From the NCBI GenBank assembly GCA_973851085.1, contig OZ316775.1:3100001-3164000 (forward strand): a stretch of 64,000 nucleotides of DNA, read 5' to 3'. The position numbers and the translations under genes are program-made. A model generated the notes under the pieces. That model did not search any database. It was not told the origin of the DNA and was given only the letters and a program-made list of their open reading frames with translations. Of this stretch, positions 14,001-27,414 are shown piece after piece. Positions within the stretch are counted from its first letter, which is position 1. Each line of letters opens with the position of its first letter. Origin of the DNA: Ptychomitrium polyphyllum. Taxonomy: Eukaryota.

Positions 14001-17000
14001 AACAACTGCAATTTAACATGATTTTATTGTATGGAAAATATTGCCATGCATAGCAAATTCGATATTGCAGTCATTCCTGAATTTGCAATAAATAACTCAT
14101 AAATGAGAGAAAATCACAGTGAAATCCTTAATGACCAAAGAAGAATTTATAAAGCATGAATTGAGCTACTATTTATTTTACAAAGAGAATATCTAAGAAT
14201 ATAATTGTAAGAGAAAATTTAAGGTTCTAATATTTGGTTACACCATCATCTTCAAGCAAATCTTAACAAGGTTTTTTTTCTTTAAAATTATTTTTGCAAA
14301 ACTTGACTTGGCAAAAAAATGTCAAGTTAAGAAATTTTCTCTATTATAAACTTCTTCCAAATACTAATAAATAGTCAAAACTAACTAATGTAGAATTTAC
14401 AATAAATGGATGAAAAATCTCTTAAATTAATCATTTGATGCCATATCACATGACATTTTGTATTCTATAGCTATTCATTTATAATACTTTTACAAAAAAC
14501 AACATTTGGTAATTTTACCTTAGGTTCTTTTTTAAAAAGCTTTTATATTTATCATAGTAAAATATAAGCTATATGAAGTGATGGTAATCATTGGTCATCC
14601 AAAATTTATTACAACTTCAAATTTTAGGAAATTAGGATTTTTTGTGAAAATTAAAATTTTATAATAAGATTTTTTAAGGAAATATTGGAACTGTAGAGAT
14701 TTTAGTTTTTACTTTACTTTGATAAATTTTCTTTCAAATCTATATTAAATGAAGACATTTTAATTATAATATTTTCAATAACCATCAATAACCAATAACG
14801 AACATGGATTGGAGGCTTATGGAATAGAGTGTAATTTACATAAATTGCAGTTAATATTTTTTTCATTAAAGAACACAATTTCTTTAAATCCCGCCTTCTA
14901 ATGACCATTGTTTGATATGTAATATTGGAAGGCATATTTTTATTCCATTAATTAAACAAAAAGAAATATAAACAGACATAAATATAATTAAGCTACAAAT
15001 TTAGTAATTAAATTGCATAATTAATAAAAATTATTTAATTATTCAAAGCTTTAGTATGTGAATTGTGAGGTGTTGGAAAAGCATAAGCTGATATATTAAG
15101 TTCCATATGAAGTTTTGAAAAAACTAAATGTTAAATAACAATTTGGAAAAATCTAACCTTTATGTAACCATATTTTTTATAAATAGATTTAAAAATCAAT
15201 AAAATTAATCTTATATAATCATAATTCCATTAAATTCATGTCATCTCTGACCGCAAATATGATAAATATATAGATTAGTATTAGATTGTATAATTATGAT
15301 ATTTCTAAGTGTATAATTGAATTATGTAGTGTAAATAATGACTATGTATACTATAGTTGTACTTTGATTGAATAATACTTATATTGGGGTTGTATAATAT
15401 ATCTTTGAACCATATAATATAACCATATTCATATACAAAATATATTCTACACCATCCAATGTATAGAGACACTTATATAAAATTGTGTAAATCAAAACTA
15501 GTATCAACCACTTTCATTTTAAAGTCATGTTTTGCTTGAAATACAAGCACACTTCTAAACTCTAATTAATATGACCTTAAAAACTTTAGCCACTTGAGTA
15601 GCATATGGTTTGGTGACCACATTCTTGTTATAAGGGAGTTATATGCTTAATATCCAAAAACAACTCCAAGGGAGTCTTCTTGCATGTGTATGCAATTCTA
15701 ATGGGATTGCTTTGCCCTGGTGATGGATGGTGGTTTACAAGCATGGTTTGCAAAAAATGGTATTATTTTACTTACCTAATTTGTGAAATATTAGTCAATC
15801 TGAATAAAGATTACTTTATGTTTTTACACATCATTTTTAAAAAGCTGAAATAAATTCTAAAGGAGAACCCAAGGAAAGTGACATGAACAAAGTATGTACC
15901 TATTTTGAAATAAATTTACCTTGAAAGTGACCCTAAATCTATTAAGATCTAAATATTACGAATTTTTTTCTTAGAACATTTTAGAGTAAAATTTTATTAA
16001 AAGGTGTTTGTTTAACTAATGGGTCATTTTTGACTCCATACTGTCCATGTATCCTAAATTGGAATTGACGGTAATATTTTTAGGATCTGTTGATTGGTTA
16101 ACTGACTGTGCCACATCATTCAAATGGTTAAATTGAGATGCCAAAGTTTAGGTGGCAATGAGGATTCCATCATCAAAAATAAGTGTGTGTATTTTAAGGT
16201 AGACACACCCATTGATGACCATTTCTTAAAAGTGATATTTTTGAATGATGTACAGAATTTTAGACCAGCATCTACTGGAGCAATAGTTCATCGAGACAAG
16301 AACCTTTGTCCTTTACAGGGATACTATTTTCTACAACTATGGTACTCAAAGGCCACTCATCACACTTAGATACATTTACAAAATAGAATCCTTCATATCT
16401 CTACTTCCAAAAGTGGCACAAGGGCTAGGCCTGCTCACAATCCATCAGGTTTCAGTAACAGTTCAAACTTGAACCTTCCTATGCACCGACTAAAAGTTAG
16501 TGCATACTGAAAACAGTAAGGTTTCAGCTTCCTATGTCCTGGATATTTTCTTTCCACTTTGTGACTTAGTGGACCAATGTCAAATAAAAGTTCTTTATCA
16601 CCTGGAGTATTGTGATGTAGGACATCATTAACAGATGTAGGCACAATTGGAGACATAAAGAGAAGTTTGTATTGTAAATATAGCTGGTGACTATGGGTGT
16701 TGTTGATTGATAGCAAAGGGAATAAAGAAATTTTATTATTTTGGAAAGTATTATTTAAAAAACAAATTAGAATCCCAAGGGTGAAGCTTGGAGTACCTCG
16801 AGAGTGTTTTGGTAGTTTTGGCTTTACATTGTTGAACTTAAATTTAGCCATCCAAATGATTGTTTTTTGCATTTGAGCCTTAGTGGCGTAATAATTTTTA
16901 GTCAAAATTATAATTCAAGTCCATTTGAAATTTTCAAAAATTCCTAAAATGAAACATTTTATTAAAATTACAAGTTTAGTACTTATACAATATAATAGTT

Positions 17001-18204
17001 CATTCTTAAATATTGTTGAACAAATGTTTTTCATGTATTATGTGTCTTTATTAATATTTGAACTTGTAATAAATTGCATTTTTAGAATGTCTTATACAAT
17101 TCATTTCATTGTTTTTCATGATTTCTTATTTAAAATCTAAATGATTTAAAACATTCACAAATCATAATGAAAAACTATGGCTTTTGTAGTTAATATCTTT
17201 GTTTATTTAGAAAGCTTAAAACACAAGTGGTCACTTATTTATGGTAAACACTTAATGCATTCAAAAAAATATGTATTGTACTCTAATTCTAAGACTATAG
17301 ACTTAGACTTTTGGAAATTAATTCATAAAAACTCTTTGCAACTTATAAATTTGCAACCTTTCTTAATATTTTGATGCTCAATTAACCACTATATGGTCAT
17401 TAGATCATCAAAAAAAGTGTTTAAATGAAATCCATGAAAAATTGAAAAAATTAATTATAATATTTAGATATGGGATTTTTAAATATACATTGTACAAAAA
17501 AGTTGTTTGATTTGCGATTGTGTAAAAAAAAAAACACAAATCAAGCCAAAGCATACTTATAAATACAATTTTTATATAATATGGCATCTTTTACAATTTA
17601 AATATGGCAATAATTTTTTTTCCATGGTATTGTGCATTGCTATCAATCTATCTATGCTTAACAACCATGTTCATTTTGTAAAGTTCCATTTATGAATGTA
17701 TAAAAGATTTTTAAAATTTTTTTTTTCCTAATTAAAATTAATTCGGAATTCATAAATTATTATATGAAGTCGCTTTCCTTCATAAAACCTGACATTGCAA
17801 AGCTTACAAGCTATTATATTGGCTTTGTTTATTAAAAAAAACTATAATATTTATTTTCTTATATAAACCTATTTCTAAAATACATTACTTATTTTTCAAT
17901 GTATTGTCAACACCATTATTAAAAGAGAGCTTACAATTCCTTCTAAATGAAGCATTTAAACTATAACTAAACTCCTTTGCATTGTACCACCAAATTAATA
18001 ATGTTAGTGTATTTGAATAAGTGCATTAGCTCACCACAATTTTGAGCAATTTAATACTATATCAAATATATATAGAAATTATCACATCAATTCCAACTAG
18101 CATTCAATTTCACTGGAAGTTTTTATAATCCAAAGTTATATATTCTACTTTGTCAAATCAATAAGACTTGAATATATTTGTACTTTCAAATTTTGAAACA
18201 TATG

Positions 18205-19730
18205 TATTGAATAAATTTCCTTTTCAATAATTTTATTAAACAAGTATTTATTTCAAACCACCAAAAAAATTGGCCATGGTGATCAAAAATGAAAAAAATC
18301 TAAATATGGTATTTATGGTCTTATTAAAAAAATTATGTTGCAAAACACTCAATTGCATGGTCTTTAGAATATGCTTAGGAACAAACTTATAGCCCTTTAT
18401 AAGAATTTTAAAATTTTTATAGCTACATATATAAAGGAAAAAATACATATATTTATGGTTGCTTAAATGCCCTATATTTTCTTCTATGTACAAATTAAAT
18501 ATTCCAAGCCTTATAAAAACCATCTAAATAAAATAATTTTAGCTTCCATGATATAGTTGTTGATAAACTTTAAACAACACATTACTATATGCAAAGTCAA
18601 AGTTCATGCAAACATTGATGGAAATAAATGAGCAAATCAACTAGGAAAAACTTAATCATAATATAAGACTTACAAATGCTTGTACATGTATTAACATGCA
18701 CACTCCACACCATATTGCTTCCAAAAAGTCTTTTAACACTTCATAAATGATACAACAAACAAAGGCCCTATTAAAATTAATTATTTTAAAAAAAATCATT
18801 AAATATAACCAATAAATAGACTTGCAAATTAATTTCTTAATATTTCTTAAAATACTTGCACTTTAGCTTCTTAATAAATGAAAAAAATAAATAAAGAATG
18901 AAGAAGTTTTAAAATTTTTATAACAAAGAATAATTTCATAACTTATGAATTGATCCTTGCCATCTAAAGGTAGAAAAATAAGATCTTTTAAAATTGTGAT
19001 TGGTCAAAATTTAGACCATATTGTAAGTAACTAGCATTAAAAAAGAAAGCTCATTCTTCCATTACATGCCATATTTGTAACTCACTTGATGCAAATACAT
19101 AGCTATTTATACTATACAAATGTAAATAATAACATCTCCATGCTTTAGTATGTATAAAGGGAAATTTGAAAAATAAAAAAGCTTTGAATGTCTTTGAACA
19201 AATCAAGATGGTATATACTTATAAATTCTAGAACACTCAATGATAACTTACAAAAAAATATAATGCTATAGTGTCTCCTATCTTGCATTTGTGGTAATTA
19301 AAAGTGTCATAGTAATGCCCATTTAAAATCACATATATAATTTGCTAAAAGACTTTCATATCAATATCCACCACCAAAAAATTGTAATCCTATCTTCACC
19401 ATCCATTTCATTGAATTCACATTTTACAACAACATACTCATTTTGGAAATTCTTGTTAAAAAAGTAAGAAGTATCAACTACTCATCAACATCAAAGAATA
19501 GAATGTGGTACCACTTATAGTGTTAATAACTTATGCAAGATCTTCAATGCAAAAACCCTCAATGAAAATTTTAAAAGAAAATTTGACATTCCTACTGTAT
19601 TTATCAAAAAATACCTTCATCTTCACAAATATCAACATAGTAGTAGTGTATCAGGCTATGTTCATACTTTTACACAAAAGAAGGCTTTGAAAAAACCAAT
19701 TCCTTATCAATATGCCCAATCACCATAAAT
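18205..19730 (+). mobile_element. Decayed 5'-truncated non-LTR retrotransposon (RNase H, CCHC-type knuckle, restriction-like endonuclease; RandI/Dualen-like)
   Basis: Plus-strand remnants in order: RNase H motifs (FKPP at ~18251, KIHIFM at ~18440, HITICKVKVHANIDGNK*ANQLGK at 18578-18649, compare KVKAH.GI.GNE.AD.LAK); SITCHICNSLDANT*LFILYKC (~19058-19123); FTIHFIEFTFYN (~19395-19430, REL-like); NVVPLIVLIT...ILLHKRRL (ORF 19505-19690). Many stops and frameshifts. The 5' boundary is uncertain and no RT domain was recognised. Confidence 0.65.
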
Positions 19731-22700
19731 TACAACAAATATCATTTAAAAAAGTTTACAAAGTTTTTAAATCCTCAATGCATAGGATGGCACTGAAAAG
19801 TGGCGTATGAATGGTCAACCATGATTTGTAAAAGTAATTCAAATGTTAAACAAATTATGGATTTTTAAAAGTTTTAAAATAACAATATACTGTGTAGGCC
19901 ACTCTCATAATGAGAAGGAGTAGCTTGGTCAAGAGTTCCTGCCATGGCATGTGGAAGGCCGCCTTTGTGGAATCCAACTGTTTCCAAATGTGTCTCAAAA
20001 AATTCCACAGCAACAAACAACTTGAGAACTTTTGCTGATGCAGGCACTGCAGCTCCTGCAAGTGCCATCAAAACCCATACAAGCACTCCAACATAGAGTT
20101 GGAAGGCCTCCAAAATTCAGCTGCCACATGCAAGTTTGTAGCTAAGCCAGTTTGTTTTTATCTCACATGAGCTTGATTGCCTCCTCTGCCCATAGGCTTC
20201 TTTTGCAGCAGCTGTTGCAGGAGAGAGAAAGGTATGGTAACTGGGAAGGGAAGTCTGTGGTAGGCTAGTAGAGGGGCAGGAATAACAGATGTTTGGGATA
20301 CAGGGGACAGTGGGAGGCGGGAAGGGAGAATTCACCATCAAGCTCATGCATACTGGACAGGAAGTGAGATGGATGATCCCAATCCTCCTCTGTCCTGGGC
20401 TACTCTAAACGTCTAAGCTACTGTATACAATTCTTTGCAAATACTGTACAACACGAGTGTGTTCCAAAGAGGAAAATTCCAACATTTCTTTTCCAATTTT
20501 TACTTTTTTGAAATTGTATGAGGTACAACTTAATATGTGTCCGTGCAGTAGGTCAGTACTTGGTAGATTAGTAAGGGCAGGTTTCATAATTTGTTTTGTC
20601 CCCCATTCCCCCATTTCTTCTAGACAGAAAAACTAATAATTTATAATACATACAAGACTAAAAACGATACAAATTAGAAGAGCAGAAAATAACACCACTA
20701 TTTTTAAGATGAAAAGGAACATTCCGATAACAGACCAGGCATGTAGTATGTACTAACAGGAGTGCTTCAGGCATCATCTCAGCCTGCAGTCTGGAGTCTG
20801 CAAGAATTCGTGGCAAGCCACAGTAAATTGGAATGAAAAAGACTTTTTCTTGTAGTTCATGAGGTGGGCAGGTCTAAGAAGTTACAGGACTTGGAAAAGG
20901 TCACAGCAGCAGTAAAAGCAAAGGTGCATAATAAATTTGCACTGGTACAGCCCAACCAAAAGGGCATGTTCTGGGCATGAGGGAACACAGCATCACAATT
21001 TAACTACAGTACAGTAGTTACAGGCACTGCACACCTGCATCCTCTCTCCCACTGTATTCAGCAAACTATCAATTATGATCCGAGCTCATCATCCACGTTA
21101 CAAACGAACAACACTGAGTCCTGTCAAACTGGAGTATATGCTGGGTGCCTGAGTGATGCAAATTATGAATTAACTTACCCCCAATTGAAGTGTGAGACTC
21201 AAGAGAGAGCTCCAACTGAAGAATTAATGCACGGTATAGAAATGTGTCAGAGTGAACATTTCCAAATGAATGATTCTCTAAGTTCTGTGCAAACAATATC
21301 ATGCAGTCAGCCTTTTCGATTGAGATGATCATAAGAAACTATCGATGTGTAGTGTTCTCATAGTCTCGTTCCTCAATTGTGAATCTCAGTTGATTCTGAT
21401 ACGTTACGTGGAAGGAATTCTAAGGATACTTTTTTTTAATATATTATCTTGCACAAAGCTCACTTGTCAAAAAGGCGCAAGCTTGGAGGGGAAATCTTTC
21501 ATCTAAAGGAACAAGTGAATTGGCAAAAAACCTTTCAAAATTATAGGAAGCAGAAGGAAGCTGCCTTCACATGGAACATTTGGCACAGCTGTCGGTGTGA
21601 ACCACTAAATGAGACTTATTGATTCAGCATTGTTAAGAGTTCTTTAATAGAATTTGTACATGTGCTAAATTCGTTAAACTGAAAATTACTAAATTACAAA
21701 TATCTGAATTGAACAGCCCAGGGGATGGAAAATGAAGAATTGAGAATGGCAAACTATTACAACATTCTGTTTGTTGTACCTTGTGGTTAAAAAGCATTAA
21801 GGAAATTGAAGTATGTTCAAATCCTGTTCATAGTAGGTAAGAAGCTAAATCTGAAAAGTGTCAAAAATAAACATATGTTTTTCATACATAAAATGGTTAT
21901 CCATGCTTTTTTGCAGACAAAAAAATCTTTCTTTCATATGAAATTCATATATAAAATAATAGTGAAATAGATAAATTGATTTTTTTAATCTTATTTAGAC
22001 AAAAGTGATTGTAAAAGAAGGAAAAATATCTTGACTAATTCTATCAATGTGTCACAAACGCAAAACAATAGATTAGAAGATAACCAAGAAATTAATATTA
22101 AAAAAAAAACCAAAAATTAGATCGATATTAAGAATGGTTAAAAACTTAAAAACAAAGCAATATTAAAGATTGCTTAAGAGCTAGTATTAAGAAGAATGAG
22201 GTGCATTCCATCTTGCATAGTGTTTATGCTTTCAAACGTATTTTCAATAGAATCTTTTATGAAAAGTCATGAGGTGTTGTTAGAAGATTCAAAAAGCTTA
22301 TAGAACTTTTGTTTAAAGTTCTTATAAGTTAACACATAAAGGTTATTGAAGTTCATTACTTTTTTAGAAGATTATAAAAGTTTCTAAAAGTGTATGAAAG
22401 GTTTAAAAAGATAGTTGGATTTTTTAATAGTGAAACAATTAAAATTGAAGAAATCCAAGAGGATGGCTTAGAAAAGTCCTTTAAATTGTTCAAATTAAGA
22501 CTAGTTTCAAATTAGTAGAGTGATGCCTGTGTACAAAAGGCTTGGTGTATGATTTGAAGAAAGAGTCTTAGAAGCCACTTACTTTGGTCAATTTTCCTAA
22601 ATGTTAAACAACTAGTTTAGACATTTTGATTGATAAAGGGTCTATCTACAAAATAATGATAAATACTTTCCAAAAGTATTTTTCTTTGGAAAGTCTATGG

Positions 22701-25700
22701 AATATTTACAAATGACTTTGAAAATTGAATTTGCTATTGCAAGAAAGCTCTGTATGAATACTTTGACTTGGCTATATATTTTACAATTGCTACATCAATA
22801 TTAATGGACATCTTTGATATCTAAAATTTAAACACCAATAAAAATATTTTTTAATTAAGCTCAATAAAATTATATACAACTAAATTTGATAATTAGCTTT
22901 TGAATTTTTTTGTTTGTTTTTAACTCAAACAATCACTGGATTTGTAGAAAAAATTTGAAAAAAATAGCAACACATGAATGTTCAAGCTTTAATCATGTTC
23001 TTTTTAATAAATTATGTTTATCAGGCTTTAAAATATAATTGCATAGGCAAGAAGAATTACAATTTTGGAAGAAATATTGAAATAATCATTATCTTGCTTA
23101 CATTTACTATTGATGAGCAAAAATTGATCCAAGTAATGAAGTAGAAAAATCTTAAAGTTTTGATGTGAATTTATTAGTAAAAATGTGAATTCACATCTTG
23201 AATTTATAAGTATAAATATATGCGTTTTGGATGAACACAATATAAAATATTGGTGTTTAATTTAATCAAGTAAATGAATTAATGTACCTACAACGACATA
23301 TATATGCAAATTTTATATTAATAATGTCTTTAGTAAAATTAAAATTTAATTCAATTTAATTTTGAGATGATAATGATTGCATGATTAGAATGCAAAATTG
23401 ACATATAATTGAATCAATGTAATGCATTATTTATCAATTATGAAATATATTAATGACATTTGTATTAATAATGTTGTAGCTAAAGATTGAGCTTCTTCCA
23501 ATTTCAATTGATGTTGAAAATATAAAGTGACAATGTCATTGTGATGCAAAACTTGGCTAATAATAACATTTCATAAAACATAGAGAACTTTTTAAAAACA
23601 TATGGGATGGTTTTCCATCTATATTTCCCCAACTTAGTTATTATTATTTTTTGGACAAAAACTAATTCTAGTTAAAATCGTGTTTAGGAAAAGGAGAAAT
23701 TTTAATTGAAAAAATAAGTTTGCGCATGAATTGCATGGTAAAATAATTGGTATAAATGTATTTAAGGATACGTGACACACTAATAATCATTCTAATGTAG
23801 AATAGTTTTCGAGTGCTTTAAAATTCAAATATTTTTACTGATATGGAACTGGAGTTATAACGTCGCATTATTCCTATTTGTGTGTGATGAATATGATGCA
23901 TCCATTCGTGCATTGGAATTTCCTCTTAGTTATGATTAGTTACGACCACAGTGAGAAGAAAATGAAAAATGTGCTCACTAAAATCAGTTACAGGTTCAAG
24001 CTAGCAAAGGCAAACACTAAGGTGGGATATTAAATGTAAAACGGCTGGTCAGCTCAACTTCATCCACCGCTTGGCTGCCCATGCACCTCCACTTGACAGA
24101 CCGAGCATATTACCCGCTTGGCTGCTTGTACAAGACATTCCACCTGGAATTCCTTCTTTGGGAGGGTCCCAACTATTTGTGGAGTGGTGCCCAGAGTGTT
24201 TAGAGCCGAACTCCACTCCATATCTCGACAGCCCTCTCCTCATACATCTCCTATTGTCAGTTTCAATCTTTCAAACCTGGACTCTGCTTTTGAAAATTGG
24301 ACTGCCATAGCAGAAAGAAAAGAAAAGAAAGAAAATATAAGGTAGGACCGTCTATATATCAACGTGTGCTCCGTTTAGACTGCTGCCGAATCTTTGGCGT
24401 GTAGTAGATTTTAGTTTACAAAATCTTCAAAATTGTAGATTTTTAGTTCCTGTTTAAACTGAATATATAGGAGAATCTTATATAGGTGAATTTAACATGT
24501 GAGGGTACGCTCATACACTTAATGTGGTTATTTTATGTTCACCTACCTTAGTATCGGTCCTGTTGTCTCACCTTGAGCCTTCATTTCCTTAACGATGTGT
24601 TTGAAACTTTCTGTCGCAGCCCTGTATCCGCATTTCCTTCCTTCGTGTGTGGGAATATTTGCGTTCGCTTGTCCCAGCTGAATTGGAATAAACTCGGCCA
24701 ACTTGTTTCCACCATTTACAACTGTACACAAATGAAAATAGAAGCGATGGATTTAAAAAACAGAAGTGAGTTGCATAAATTTCAAGAAGTGATGGCAAAT
24801 TTTACCTTCAATAAAAAAATCCTTAGGAAGAGGCTTTGGGTACTTTGTAATTTTTTTTCAGTTAATAGAAATAGGTTGACACCCATTTGTTCAAATTGGA
24901 AATGGATTTAAAAAGAAACGAATCATTCAAACTTGTAAAACTAGAAAAATATCCTTGAAGATTAGGTTTTTGGCCTTTCAGAACCTACAAACCCAAACAT
25001 CAAATTGAATTTTCAAAGATCTTTTTTTTGAGTGTTTGAAGATTTGTGCATATAAAAATACGTTCTGTGTTTATTAAATTGAGTTTGGAAGCGGGTTTGT
25101 ATGGTATTAAGAAAACTAAAATAAGTTGTGCATATAACAATGAAGTTTTTGTAAAAGCATACCCTTGCCAATTATACCATTATAGGCTATAATACGAAGC
25201 TACCAACTTTGAAATTTAATTAAAACGAACACCTTTTCGAAAACCTGAAAACTGAAAGGAACGAAAGTTTTTACTCAATCTGGTAAATTTTCACCCAATC
25301 TGACAAGGTACGACACCCATAAAATTTAACCAGTTTTTGAAAATCAATTCAGGTGGAATTGAACTCTCGCTCTAAACACTAGTCTCCCTTCACCGCAAGC
25401 CTACGGGTCCAGGAACAAACCGTGATACCTCATCAATGGCAATACCGGTACATACAGTCACTTTTCAAAAAGAGAAGAGAAGAGGAGAGGAGAGGAGAGA
25501 AGAAGAAAAAGATAAGGAAAACGAAAAAGAAACAGGGAAGTTACAAGCCTCGAACTGAAAGGGTGATTGTTCAACCAGTGGGATGGGCCGCTGAAAGTGA
25601 CGATAGCTCAAAGTGACATATCCATCGAGAGCTCAGCCTACCCTCGCTGGCTCCTTGTTATTAGAGCAGTCCCACAACGAGAAGCGCCATTTCCCAGCAG

Positions 25701-25745
25701 AAGAGCGCCAAGGAGAGTCCAAGCAGACAGGAACTGAAGTCACTG

Positions 25746-25780
25746 CTCACTCACTCACTCACTCACTCACTCACTCACTC
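25746..25780 (+). repeat. (TCAC)n microsatellite upstream of the ACR gene
   Basis: ctcactcactcactc...: about 8 tandem 4-mers. Confidence 0.95.
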
Positions 25781-25876
25781 GCCAGTGGTCGGACCCCACC
25801 CACAGCCACGGCGACTCGCTCAATAAGACCCCGAGGTAGGCACCCCAAGGCCGCACCCCAAGCAAAGGCCTGCGCT

Positions 25877-25927
25877 GCAAGGTAGAGAGTCCTGCACAGC
25901 AAGGCAGAGAGTTCTGCACTGCAAGGC
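25877..25927 (+). repeat. 22-bp tandem near-repeat (2.3 copies)
   Basis: gcaaggtagagagtcctgcaca / gcaaggcagagagttctgcact / gcaaggc. Confidence 0.85.
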
Positions 25928-27414
25928 TGCACCTTGGCTGGGCAAGCTTATATCGTCCAGCATCCATGCTCTCATGGTCTTCCAAGTTGTCGTCTTTCTA
26001 TCAATCTCGCACTGTCCCAGTGCTCTGGCTCCAACACCTACCCCCATCCCTCTGGTAGATTCACTTCGGTGTGGAGTTTCTGCTGTGAAAACCATCTCCT
26101 CTCGCGGTCTCTGTATCGAAAATCAAACTAACTATCGCTATCACTGGCGCTTAACTTGGATAGAGCCTTTTCGTTTCGAGGCGGTTGTTGTCAACGGCAT
26201 CACATTTCCACTTCCTGTGGTGTGACGGGATCAAATCTGAGTGGAGGTTCGAAAGGTCTGAGTTTTGGGTTGGTGGGAATGGGTGGGCGGAGGGAAGATG
26301 TGGTGTTGTGAGAGGTAGTTGATAGGAGCGATCGTGGTAGTGTGTTGGTCGGACGTAGAGTGAGATGAGTTGTTCGGTGGTAGGCTCGATTGGGGAAGGT
26401 GAGTTTTGAGGGGACGGGTATTAGGATATTGGCAGAGGGGACGAGGGCGAGGGGTGGGGCAGAGTGTTGGGTGTGGTGACGGTTAACTGCGGGTGATTCG
26501 TTCACAGCATTAGATCGAATCGGGAGGGCTTGGGAGCGGTAGGAGACTAAGGGATAAGTCGCTGGGGCGTTCTCGGACTTCGATAAAACGTGAACTTTGA
26601 AAGGTTGGTAGAAATCGAGTGAGGGGATCCGGTGTGAAGGTTACTTGGAGGAAGTAGAGTTGTCGATGATCTGTTGAGTGACCCGTGTTGTTGGGAAGTG
26701 AGGAACTCCACAGAACACGAGAATTTTCTTGGATATTTTTGAATGGGTTTCGCGTGCGTTTCACTGGGATTGGTTCCCGCAATTGCAAGCAGTCAGGCTC
26801 TAAGTGGTTTTCTTGGTGTAAGAAGATTTCGTATAGTCGTCTTTCCTGGTTTCCACTGAGTCCTCTGCCATGCAGGTTTTCTGGTTAGTCATGTCAGAGC
26901 TCTTCGCTCTTCGATAGGGATCCAAGAGTGTGGGAGTATCTAGTCTAATTGTGGCTGTAACACGGTGAAATTACAAGGAAGACGAGGGATCATCGTGTGT
27001 TAGTTGAGGTAGTGACAGTGGAACTCCTATCACTCCCTGAAAATGTCTGCTGTAATGTTCATGTGATTCAGCACCTGTTCTTCCAGTTGCAACATTCATT
27101 TAAGCTTAGCCTTTGGTGCAAAGAAGCAGATTTTTTAGTTGTGTTGAAAATTGACTAGTCTTGTAATTCTCTTTGCAAACTCGAGGCACTTCTTTCTTCT
27201 CCTGAGGCTTACCGTACAATGGTTTTGCAGGGGTGCGATCACCAAACCGAAGCAGCATATGACAAGTCCTTGGGATATTGTACAGTAGTGTAAATATCGG
27301 AGAAGAGGCGGGATGCAAATTCTCGCATCATAGTTCACAACAGGGGATTATCTAGCAGCCACTTCCTGCATTTCAGCCGTTGCTGTTGTCCTTTTCTTCG
27401 AGTTTTTCTTCGAC

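Noticed and set aside
15588..15756. tRNA-derived SINE-like segment ending in an A-run
   Set aside because: A/B boxes are too degenerate and no TSD is visible.
25325..25405. tRNA T-arm-like gagttcaattcc on the minus strand
   Set aside because: No cloverleaf or acceptor stem can be formed.
25422..26888. Cluster of short overlapping ORFs on both strands
   Set aside because: GC-rich ACR promoter, leader and leader intron; low-complexity translations with no recognisable domain.
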